Origin: Candidatus Aenigmatarchaeota archaeon
GTDB taxonomy: Archaea; Aenigmatarchaeota; Aenigmatarchaeia; CG10238-14
Length of the DNA stretch: 34,502 nucleotides
Assembly (NCBI GenBank): GCA_014728985.1
Contig: WJKS01000015.1
Span: forward strand, 1 to 34,502
Direction of reading: 5' to 3'
Below, one piece after another: positions 8,726-17,337 of this stretch. The notes beneath the pieces are model-generated. The model worked only from the letters and a program-made list of their open reading frames with translations. It searched no databases and was not told where the DNA came from. The translations under genes were made by a program, and so were the position numbers. Each line of letters opens with the position of its first letter. Within the stretch, counting starts at the first letter, position 1.

Positions 8726-8767
8726 TCATTGACCATAAGAAGTGTGGTCAAATTATGTCCACAGAGT

Positions 8768-9082
8768 TCAGGAGTCTTTCCTAATTGCAGTACAAGAATT
8801 GTTAATACATTTTGGAACAGATGGATAACAGTACAAATCACAATATGGCTGTTCAGATTTATACTCACAATTAAGAGGCTGAACAAAATTCTTATTTATT
8901 GCGATAGGACAATCACAATTATTACAAGATATGCTTTGCATAACACAATCTACATCAGCATCGCAATAAAATGCCTCTGGGTTGTCGTTAATATTTGGAA
9001 TTTTCACAGGTTCAACGCTATTTTCTGTGAAACCGACTAATAAGACAACAAATATAATTAAAAGCAAAAGTATGTATTTCAC
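8768..9082 (-). CDS. Small Cys-rich secreted protein (same family as 3972..4265); putative gene cassette
   Basis: Signal peptide, FYCDADVDCV, CINNSC; own TATA box (TTTAAAT ~9108-9114). Confidence 0.75.
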   Translation of the reverse strand: MKYILLLLIIFVVLLVGFTENSVEPVKIPNINDNPEAFYCDADVDCVMQSISCNNCDCPIAINKNFVQPLNCEYKSEQPYCDLYCYPSVPKCINNSCTAIRKDS

Positions 9083-9130
9083 ATTCTAATTAATTATATT
9101 AGTGGCATTTAAATCTTTTTGTCAGTGAAA

Positions 9131-9217
9131 GATTCCTGAATATAACGACTATTTAATGAACTTCTACTAAATAGAAAATCAGCTTAGAAGTCATTTTAAA
9201 AGTCGTTAGATTGAATC
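9131..9217. repeat. attC-like imperfect palindrome (integrase-proximal site)
   Basis: AATATAACGACT (9139-9150) vs AGTCGTTAGATT (9201-9212), 11/12 complementary; inner TGAACTTCTA/TAGAAGTCA stem with one extrahelical base. Confidence 0.6.
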
Positions 9218-9274
9218 AAAGGAATTGGTATTTCACCAAAAAATATTTAAATGAAATGAAACCAAAACTATGGT

Positions 9275-10089
9275 ATGAATGTTCCTGATAAATTGGAAAC
9301 CCTCTATATGGAGATGAGAATCAGGAATTATTCTAGTAAAACTATAAAAAGCTACATAAAAAACAATCAAAAATTCCTTGAATTCATTCAAAAACCATCA
9401 ACTAAAGTTAATTCCAGCGACATCAAAAAATACATAAAACATCTAATAGACGAAGGAAAAAGCCCATCAAATATAAGACAGGTGATAGCTTCTCTCAGAT
9501 TCTATCACTCAGAAGTTCTTCATAGAAAATTCTTCAAAAATATCAAAAATCCAAAAATATCCAGAAAATTACCCATAGTTCTAAGTAAAAAAAGAAGTAA
9601 AAAGAATGATAGAAGTTACAGGCAATTCAAAACACAGACTAATAATCCAAATTATTTATGGGTGTGGTTTAAGGCTTTCAGAGGTAGTTAACTTGAAAAT
9701 ATCAGATAGATGTTGATAGAAGAATGTTAACAGTAAGGTCAGGTAAAGGAAAGAAAGATAGGCAAATACCGATTCCAAAATCACTAATAAATATCTTAAA
9801 ATGTTCATTTTCAAGGAGAAAGTATCTGTTCGAGGGGAGGAAAGGACATCTTTCTCAGAGATCTGTATACAAGATAGTAAAAAAAGCAGCAAAAAAAGCA
9901 AGAATAAGAAAAAATGTTTCTCCTCATACTCTTAGACATAGCTTTGCAACCCATTTATTAGAGTCAGTGACTAATCTAAGATATATCCAAAAACTCCTCG
10001 GACATTCAAAACTTCAAACAACACAAATCTATACAAAAGTATCTAAGTCTTCACTTGAAAAAATAAAGAGCCCACTAGATAGTTTATAG
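9275..10089 (+). pseudogene. Tyrosine recombinase (XerD/integron-integrase-like, N-terminal SAM-like domain) with two frameshifts
   Basis: RNYSSKTIKSY and KLPIVLS in frame 1; EVKRMIE...YGCGLRLSEVVNLK in a second frame; GKGKKDR, HTLRHSFATHLLE, LGH, TQIY, KSPLD in a third; breaks at A7 9587-9593 and ~9707. Confidence 0.88.
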
Positions 10090-10101
10090 GAGATGGTTTA
10101 A

Positions 10102-10848
10102 TTGGTTCTCAAAAGAAAAAAATCAGAAGACTATTCAAGAGATTTCAAGACAATTAGCGGCGTTTTTGACGAAAAGACCAGGCTCAGTCTTTACAAGTTG
10201 TTAAATAAGAAGAAAATCCAAATCCAATCGTTGGTCAAAGAGGGAAAAGAAAGTATTGTATTCTCAGGTTTAACAGAAGATGAAAAAGAAGTTGCGATCA
10301 AGGTATATAGAACCAGAACAATGGACTTCAAGACCATTTCAAAGTATTTACTTGGTGATCCCAGATTCCAGAAAGTTTCAAGGTCAAGGAGAAACTTCAT
10401 TTACATTTGGTGTAGAAGAGAATTCAAGAATCTTCAGATAGCATCAAGAAATGATGTAAATTGTCCTAAACCAATAGATTGTTCAGAGAACTCATTAATT
10501 ATGGATTTCATTGGGAAGGATGGTACCCCGTCGCCTAGAATAATTGATGTTAAATTAGATCAACCACAAAAAACATACGATTTGATTATAAATGAAATAA
10601 AAAAATTAAGTAAAGCGAAGTTAATACATGGGGATCTTAGTGTCTATAACATACTTTTTGACGGTTTGCCAATACTAATAGATTTCAGCCATACAACAAC
10701 ACCAAAAAACCCTATAGCCCCGCAATTGCTAAGAAGGGACGTTGAAAATATAAATTCTTACTTTACTAAATTAAATATTCGCGTGATTGATTCAGAAAAA
10801 CTCTATAAAGACCTTATTAAGCTTTTAGGGATAAAAGAAGATGATTGA
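10102..10848 (+). CDS. rio1: RIO1-family serine/threonine kinase (ribosome biogenesis)
   Basis: GKES.VF, AIKVYR, YLLGDPRF, WCRREFKNL, IHGDLSVYNIL, IDFS. Confidence 0.93.
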   Translation: MVLKRKKSEDYSRDFKTISGVFDEKTRLSLYKLLNKKKIQIQSLVKEGKESIVFSGLTEDEKEVAIKVYRTRTMDFKTISKYLLGDPRFQKVSRSRRNFIYIWCRREFKNLQIASRNDVNCPKPIDCSENSLIMDFIGKDGTPSPRIIDVKLDQPQKTYDLIINEIKKLSKAKLIHGDLSVYNILFDGLPILIDFSHTTTPKNPIAPQLLRRDVENINSYFTKLNIRVIDSEKLYKDLIKLLGIKEDD

Positions 10849-11344
10849 TTTTATTAAAATTCCAAATAAGATGAAAAAAGTCCTTTTCAGAGATGATAAA
10901 GGCAGAAAAAATATAGAAAAATTAACGAATACAGAAATCAGTATAGAAGAGGACGTTAAAATTGAAGGAGAAAGCTTCAACGTTTATCAGGCAAAGCATG
11001 TCTTAAAAGCATTTGGAAGAGGATTTCTAATAAAAGACGCCTTGTCTTTGTTAGATGACGATTATGGTCTGGAAATAATAGACTTATCAAAATTTATGAA
11101 TTCAAGAAATAGGATAAAAGTGGTGAAGGGTAGAATAATTGGTAAAGGCGGGAAAACCAAAGAATTAATAGAGAAATATACTCAGGTAAAACTCTCCATA
11201 CTAGGTAAAACTGTGAGCATTTTAGGTAAATGGAAAAATGTAGATTTGGGAAAAGAGGCCGTGATGATGGTAATAGACGGGTCTAGTCATACAAAATTAT
11301 ATAAGTGGTTAGAACAACAATATTCGGTTGTGAGAAAATGGTAG
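10841..11344 (+). CDS. KH-domain pre-rRNA processing protein (Dim2/Pno1 family)
   Basis: KAFGRGF, KGRIIGKGGKT, GKTVSILG; typical position after rio1. Confidence 0.9.
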   Translation: MIDFIKIPNKMKKVLFRDDKGRKNIEKLTNTEISIEEDVKIEGESFNVYQAKHVLKAFGRGFLIKDALSLLDDDYGLEIIDLSKFMNSRNRIKVVKGRIIGKGGKTKELIEKYTQVKLSILGKTVSILGKWKNVDLGKEAVMMVIDGSSHTKLYKWLEQQYSVVRKW

Positions 11345-12897
11345 TGGAAGGAAAAGACGCAGAGCAGATGGCAAAGGAACATAAGGAAATATCAATTTCT
11401 GAATTCTTTGAAAAAAACAGACATTTGTTAGGTTATGATAATCCTACTAGAGCCTTATTAACTGTAGTTAAGGAATTTGTTGATAACTCCTTAGACGCCT
11501 GTGAAGAAGCAAGAATATTACCCAGAATTTGGTTAGAGGTTAAGCCAACAACTTCAGATAGATTCAGAGTCATGGTCAAGGATAATGGTCCTGGTATGCT
11601 GGATAAAAGAATTCCCAAGACCTTGGGTAAATTACTTGTAGGCTCAAAGTTCTATAAACACATCCAGTCCCGTGGGCAACAAGGGTTAGGTACAAAAGGA
11701 GCTGTTCTTTACGCACAATTAACTACTGGAAAACCTACCACAATTATATCTTCAACTGGGAATGGAAAAACCTCTTTTTACGAGTTAATGATTGATGTTA
11801 AAAAAAATGAACCTAAAATTATTTCCCACAAATATGTAGAAGACGGGAGAAAGTGGCATGGTTTAAAATTGGAAATGGAAATTGAAGGGAGATATGTTGA
11901 TAGTAGAACTGGTGTACCTGAGTTCATTAAAGAGGTTGCTATTTCTAATCCTTTTGCTGATATAATTTTTGATGGTCCTGAAGGGAGAATGGAGTTTAAA
12001 AGAGGAACAAACGAACTCCCACCATTGCCCAAAGAAATTAAACCACATCCTTATGGTGTTGAATTAGGTATTTTCAGAAGAATGCTTCAGGATACATCTT
12101 CAAGATCAATTAAAACATTTTTTATGAACGATTTTACCAGGGTAGGATCTACTTCTGCAAATGGAATATGTGAAGTCGCTGGAATAGATCCAAAAATAAG
12201 TCCAAAGAGTGTAGATAGGGAGACTACAGAAAAGCTTTTCAAGTCTATGAAAAAAGCAAAATTACTAAGACCACCAACAGATTGTTTATCTCCGTTAGGA
12301 GAGAGTATAATGCTCTCCGGTCTGAAAAAAGAAATTGAGGGGGAATTCTTTTCCGCAGTTACAAGACCAGCTGCGGTTTATAGAGGAGAACCATTCCAGG
12401 TAGAAGCAGGGATTGCTTATGGGGGTAAATTGCCAGAGGACCAGGCCGTTGAAGTAATCCGTTTATCCAATAGGGTACCTTTAATGTATCAAAAAGGAGA
12501 TTGTGCAATTACCAAGGCGGTAGAAAAGACTAACTGGAAAAGTTATGAATTAAAACAAAGCGGAAGTAATCTACCAAGGGGACCTGCAATTGTAATGGTA
12601 CACTTTGCATCTACATGGGTTCCTTATACGTCAGAATCCAAGCAGGCTATTGCATCATATCCGATTATAATTAAAGAAATTAAATTAGCCCTTCAAGAAG
12701 CCGGTAGAAGAATGAAAAGTTATGTTATCGGTAAAAGAAAGTTTGAAATGAGACAAAAAAGGAGAAAGAAGTTTGAAAGATATATTCCTGAAGTTGCTGA
12801 GACATTGAATAAAATAACAAATGAGGACAAACAACTTATTAAGGCTAAATTACAAAAAAAGGCTAAAGAAGTTACTGGGGTGAAGATAAGTGGTTAA
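11338..12897 (+). CDS. top6B: DNA topoisomerase VI subunit B
   Basis: ISISEFFEKNRHLLG, KEFVDNSLDACEEA, DNGPG, SRGQQGLG GHKL motifs; KPHPYGVE. Confidence 0.97.
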   Translation: MVVEGKDAEQMAKEHKEISISEFFEKNRHLLGYDNPTRALLTVVKEFVDNSLDACEEARILPRIWLEVKPTTSDRFRVMVKDNGPGMLDKRIPKTLGKLLVGSKFYKHIQSRGQQGLGTKGAVLYAQLTTGKPTTIISSTGNGKTSFYELMIDVKKNEPKIISHKYVEDGRKWHGLKLEMEIEGRYVDSRTGVPEFIKEVAISNPFADIIFDGPEGRMEFKRGTNELPPLPKEIKPHPYGVELGIFRRMLQDTSSRSIKTFFMNDFTRVGSTSANGICEVAGIDPKISPKSVDRETTEKLFKSMKKAKLLRPPTDCLSPLGESIMLSGLKKEIEGEFFSAVTRPAAVYRGEPFQVEAGIAYGGKLPEDQAVEVIRLSNRVPLMYQKGDCAITKAVEKTNWKSYELKQSGSNLPRGPAIVMVHFASTWVPYTSESKQAIASYPIIIKEIKLALQEAGRRMKSYVIGKRKFEMRQKRRKKFERYIPEVAETLNKITNEDKQLIKAKLQKKAKEVTGVKISG

Positions 12898-13978
12898 GAA
12901 ACGAGGAGAAAATACTTCCAAAAAAATATTCGAATTTGCGGAGGGTATTGTAGAACAGATCAAGGAAGAGAAAAAACCAAAGATGAAAATCCCGGTTCGT
13001 TCGTTGAGTAACGTTGAATGGAGCGAGGATAAGGGAGTACTTACCTTGGGAAATAAAAAATCAAACAGATACTTCTTCAATGTTGGGCACGCCAGAAAAT
13101 TTATGCAAACATTACTTATCGCTTCTTTTTGTAAAGATATAGTTGATGAGAATATTCATGCATCAATCAGAGATATGTACTATAATTTAAAACATAGTAT
13201 AGGAGATTCTAAAGAAAACACGTTTGAGGAACAGTCAGAATCAGATCCATTGATTGTAGACATTGAGACAGCTTTAAACCTCCTAAGAGAACAGTTACAT
13301 TTACTTGCTGACCGAAAGGGTGTTGTAGTTGGTAATGTAAAAGTCAGAGATAGGGGAGATGTTATTGATTGGTCAAAATTAGGTTCAGGGGGTTGGTCAA
13401 TTCCTTCAGTTGTGGAAGATATCGAGTTTGTTGATGTTGATGCAGACTTTGCTTTGGTAATTGAGAAAAATGCCGGATTTGAAAGGTTACATGAGGATAA
13501 GTTCTGGAGAGATTATAATTGTATTTTAATGGGGACCGGAGGACAGCCTGCAAGAGGGACAAGGAGATTAATCAGAAGACTTGCCGAAGAACATAAAATA
13601 CCAATTTACGTGTTAACAGATTCTGATTCTTATGGATGGTATATTTATTCAGTTATAAAATCGGGTTCAATGGCGTTGGCCCATGCTTCAGATAAATTAG
13701 CAACTCCTTCAGCTAAATTCATTGGATTGACAATAACAGATATAATGGAATATAAACTTGAAAAATCGATTATCCGGGCAAATGATAGAGACATTAAAAG
13801 GGCGAAAGAAATGTTAGATTACCCATGGTTCCAGGAAAAGGAGTGGAGAAGAGAGCTAAAATTGATGATAGATAAGAGGATTAAAGCAGAGATCGAGGCA
13901 TTGTCTTCAAGAGGCCTGAAATTCCTTACTGATACTTATTTACCAGAGAAATTGGATAAGAAAGAATTCCTACCATAA
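12890..13978 (+). CDS. top6A: DNA topoisomerase VI subunit A
   Basis: SIRDMYY catalytic Tyr, FEEQSESD, IEK, GQPARGTR, TDSDSYG toprim, KAEIEAL. Confidence 0.97.
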   Translation: MVKKRGENTSKKIFEFAEGIVEQIKEEKKPKMKIPVRSLSNVEWSEDKGVLTLGNKKSNRYFFNVGHARKFMQTLLIASFCKDIVDENIHASIRDMYYNLKHSIGDSKENTFEEQSESDPLIVDIETALNLLREQLHLLADRKGVVVGNVKVRDRGDVIDWSKLGSGGWSIPSVVEDIEFVDVDADFALVIEKNAGFERLHEDKFWRDYNCILMGTGGQPARGTRRLIRRLAEEHKIPIYVLTDSDSYGWYIYSVIKSGSMALAHASDKLATPSAKFIGLTITDIMEYKLEKSIIRANDRDIKRAKEMLDYPWFQEKEWRRELKLMIDKRIKAEIEALSSRGLKFLTDTYLPEKLDKKEFLP

Positions 13979-14011
13979 ATTTTAACCTACAATAAATCTA
14001 AATTTAATTCT

Positions 14012-14812
14012 ATGAATAAAGTCTCAATCAAAGATTTCAAGAAAATACATAAACCTCGTAAAGATTCTCATAAAGGGCAAAATGGAAGATTAATGATAAT
14101 AGCCGGTTCAGAGATGTATCATGGTGCATCAATACTTCCCTTGAAAATTGCTTCAAGAATAGTTGATCTGGTCTATTTTTCTTCCGTTCCTATTAACAAT
14201 GAATTGGTTAAGATGATGAAGGTAGATTTAACCGATTTTATAGCGATACCCAGAAGGAAAATAAAAAACTACATGAAGAAAGTGGATTGCGTTCTTATTG
14301 GACCTGGTATGGGAACAGGTTGGAGGTCTAGAAGATTAACTAAAAAATTATTGGTTAAATATCCCTACAGGAAGTTAGTACTTGATGCTGATTCCTTGAA
14401 AATAATTAAACCAGAACTATTGAATAAAAATTGTATTGTTACTCCACATAAAAGAGAATTTGAGAAATTGTTTAAGGTGAAATCTACAGAGGATAATGTT
14501 AGAAAAATGTCTAAGAAATATGGGTGTGTAATTGTACTAAAAGGTAAAAGGGATATCATATGTTCACCAAAAGATTGTAGGGAAAATAAGACCGGTAATG
14601 AAGGTATGACCAAAGGTGGTACTGGGGACATTTTAGCCGGATTAATTTCTGCTCTTGCCTGCAAAAATGAACTATTTACAGCTGCGTGTCTTGGAACTTT
14701 TATCAATGGTCTGGCCGGTGATAAATTGGAAAAGAGAGTTTCTCATTATTATAATGCTTTTGACCTCGCCGAAGAGATACCTAAGACTATGAAGTGGTTA
14801 GAGGATCAATGA
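14012..14812 (+). CDS. nnrD: ADP/ATP-dependent NAD(P)H-hydrate dehydratase (YjeF C-terminal domain)
   Basis: SHKGQNG, IGPGMG, LDADSL, TPHKREF, LKG, GGTGDILAG. Confidence 0.9.
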   Translation: MNKVSIKDFKKIHKPRKDSHKGQNGRLMIIAGSEMYHGASILPLKIASRIVDLVYFSSVPINNELVKMMKVDLTDFIAIPRRKIKNYMKKVDCVLIGPGMGTGWRSRRLTKKLLVKYPYRKLVLDADSLKIIKPELLNKNCIVTPHKREFEKLFKVKSTEDNVRKMSKKYGCVIVLKGKRDIICSPKDCRENKTGNEGMTKGGTGDILAGLISALACKNELFTAACLGTFINGLAGDKLEKRVSHYYNAFDLAEEIPKTMKWLEDQ

Positions 14813-15657
14813 TTAATTTTAACATCAAGAACAACGTGATTAACATTCGGAGCATAAGATTTGACTTCTTTAAAATTTATTAATTCCACCTTCATCCCAT
14901 ATTTGAGAGTTACATTACTTATTTCCATCATTAATTTCTTGTAGTCCTCTTCCTTTCCTAGGGTAGAATGATAGTGAATAACCCCTCCATTCTTAATTAT
15001 TTTCATTGCAGAATCAAGGTAATCCTTAGGTGTTGGTAATAGACCCATTAATATTCTGTCGGCTATTCTCCCCATCTCACTCAAACTTTCGCATTCTTTC
15101 CTACAGTCTCCGAACATAGGGACAATTTTATCAGTGACTTGGTTCAGCTTAATATTCTCCCATAGATAATGATAGGATTCTGGGTTAAGTTCTATTGAAT
15201 AAATTTTCTTTACTTCTGAGAATTTTGCAATCCCTAATGAAAAATAACCTATACCCGCGAACATATCAACAATAGTTTCACCTTCTGAAACCTGATCGAT
15301 TAGTCTCTTTCTTTCTGTTAGATTACCTTTTGAGAACATTACTTTCGCTACATCTAGTTTATATTCAATTCCATGTTCTTTATGAATAGTTTCCGTGTTT
15401 TTTTTACCGGCTATTACCTTGACATTAGGTTCTCTAAGCTTTCCTGTTATAAAATCTGTTCTCTTACATACTGTTCTGGTATTAGGTATATTTTCTAGTA
15501 TTACTTTACCTATTTTTTTGTCATATTTCCAAAGAGGTTTTTTTATGTTGATTATTACTATATCTCCTATCTTATGGTAACTAGATGGGAGTAAGGATCG
15601 TTCATTTTTTGGTAATTTTAATTTTTCGTTAAGTAGTTTTTTGATTGGCTCTACCAT
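14806..15657 (-). CDS. taw2: Met-10+/Trm5-TYW2 family SAM-dependent tRNA enzyme, most like Taw2 aminocarboxypropyltransferase
   Basis: KVMFSKGNLTERKR, VDMFAGIGYF, ELNP, IHYH, VKSYAP; lacks the Trm5 D1 domain; taw1 present in window. Confidence 0.75.
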   Translation of the reverse strand: MVEPIKKLLNEKLKLPKNERSLLPSSYHKIGDIVIINIKKPLWKYDKKIGKVILENIPNTRTVCKRTDFITGKLREPNVKVIAGKKNTETIHKEHGIEYKLDVAKVMFSKGNLTERKRLIDQVSEGETIVDMFAGIGYFSLGIAKFSEVKKIYSIELNPESYHYLWENIKLNQVTDKIVPMFGDCRKECESLSEMGRIADRILMGLLPTPKDYLDSAMKIIKNGGVIHYHSTLGKEEDYKKLMMEISNVTLKYGMKVELINFKEVKSYAPNVNHVVLDVKINH

Positions 15658-15697
15658 GATTTAGTGTTGTTGGTTAGGATTTAAATAGTATTTTGTC

Positions 15698-16039
15698 CTA
15701 AACCTCTTGATCCTCATTCTGTCTTCTCCCATGTCTAATGTGAGCGGCTGTACAACTTGGGAAAATATCTGTATATGGTAGCGATTCCTCTGTAAATGAC
15801 CCGATTGCTCCTGGTAAATCATTGTATGCAAGCCATATCCATGCACCCTGTGCAGCTCCGTATAAAGGATCAAATGGTCCCATTTCTATTAATCCAATTC
15901 CATCCAGAACCGCACTTACTGTAAGTTTTCTCCTATCTGGAATTCCATACATTTCCTCCTGGAACCCCGCGGCTCTGTCCCTGATCCTTCTTATACCTTC
16001 AACTACTCTTTCCCCATACCCTCTTATTCTATCTATCAT
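15698..16039 (-). CDS. Hypothetical protein
   Basis: GAGGTGAGG SD, clean 113-aa ORF; no recognisable family. Confidence 0.6.
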   Translation of the reverse strand: MIDRIRGYGERVVEGIRRIRDRAAGFQEEMYGIPDRRKLTVSAVLDGIGLIEMGPFDPLYGAAQGAWIWLAYNDLPGAIGSFTEESLPYTDIFPSCTAAHIRHGRRQNEDQEV

Positions 16040-16120
16040 TTACCTCACCTCTAGTTACTAAGAAGTAGTATCCAAATTTATATATAATTGATATAAAATA
16101 TATAATAAAGGTGATTTTAT

Positions 16121-17101
16121 ATAAAAAGAAAAGCAATAAAGTTTGCTTCCACTTATGTCGTGTCTCTACCAATGTCCTGGTCTAGGAGATTTGATATCCC
16201 AGAAAAAAGAGAATTAACAGTTAAAGAAATGAGTGATGGATCTTTAAGAATAATACCTGGTGATTTATAAAAAAGGCAAAAGGAAATTAAGATACCAATA
16301 TTAAAGGAAGATACAGGAGACAAGATATATTATAAAATTCTTAGAAAATACCTAGAAGCTTACAAGAAAATAATCCTTGTAGGTAATTTAACAGATGAAC
16401 AGATGGATTTTATCCAGGTTATACATAGAAGGATAGTCGGGCTGGAAGTAACAGAGCAGAAAAAAGATGAGATAATTCTGACAGATCTACTTAAACCAGA
16501 AGATGTTGATTTGGATAAAGTTGTTAATCAAATGTTTTCTTTTGTAATTGCGATGACCAATGATATAATATCCCATATAAATCAGGGAAAATCACCTAAA
16601 GACAAGATTTTGGATAGAGATTCAGTTACAACAAGAAACCATAATCTAGCCTATAGATGTTGTAATATGGCCTTAAGGGATTCGATCTATCTTGGTAAGC
16701 TCAAAAAAACAACCAAAGAAATATTGATTATCTCAAGAATAATACGTTATTTGGATATGATAGGGACAATACTTGTTGGCATAAGTTATCTGATAAATAT
16801 GGAGATGACCGAAGGTATGAAAAAATACCATTATAAGGCCTTTGAAAGAGATGAGAAACTGAACAAAAAATTGGGAGGATTTCTTAAAAAATGGTTAAGT
16901 TATTTCAAAAAAACAAAAAAAGTACTTAAGAAAAACGACATCAAAGAGGCAACAGAATTGTATCTAAAGAGATTTAACTACATTTTCAGTACAAATATCC
17001 AGGGAGTTAAATCTCCAGAACATTTAACAAATATGGTCGATCTTACTGATCAGTTAAATAGTATGAGCTCCTTGATACTTAGGGACTTTATGATGTATTA
17101 A
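16121..17101 (+). pseudogene. Archaeal AbrB-PhoU phosphate-uptake regulator with ATA start and one in-frame TAA (16268-16270)
   Basis: After GGTGAT SD: (M)KRKAIKFASTYVVSLPMSW...DGSLRIIPGDL*KRQKEIKI...ILRKYLEAYKKII continues in frame into the 16403 ORF (IVGLEVTEQ motif). Confidence 0.75.
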
Positions 17102-17160
17102 ATGCCCAGTCACCTAGTTAAATGAAAAAGAATAATTAAGCCATTTCCTAATAATTATTT

Positions 17161-17337
17161 ATGCCTGTCCCGGGAATCTGTAAAAGTTGTAGAAAAATCA
17201 GTTACACTCTCTTTATATGTACTTATTGTGGATCTAAGGTTTGTCATGTTTGCTTGGAGACTAGAAAAACACCGTGTAAATTATGTAAAAAAGAAGAGGA
17301 ACCCGACGAATTCACTGTTTTCCTAAATAGGTCTTAA
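17161..17337 (+). CDS. 58-aa double zinc-finger microprotein (4 CxxC; not in ORF track)
   Basis: MPVPGICKSCRKISYTLFICTYCGSKVCHVCLETRKTPCKLCKKEEEPDEFTVFLNRS. Confidence 0.75.
   Translation: MPVPGICKSCRKISYTLFICTYCGSKVCHVCLETRKTPCKLCKKEEEPDEFTVFLNRS

Noticed and set aside
9581..9600. Programmed -1 frameshift at the A7G run in the recombinase
   Set aside because: The needed shift is +1, and a second independent break at ~9707 would still truncate the protein.
16268..16270. Genome-wide TAA recoding
   Set aside because: TAA terminates many clearly conserved genes here (taw1, top6A, top6B, S-layer).
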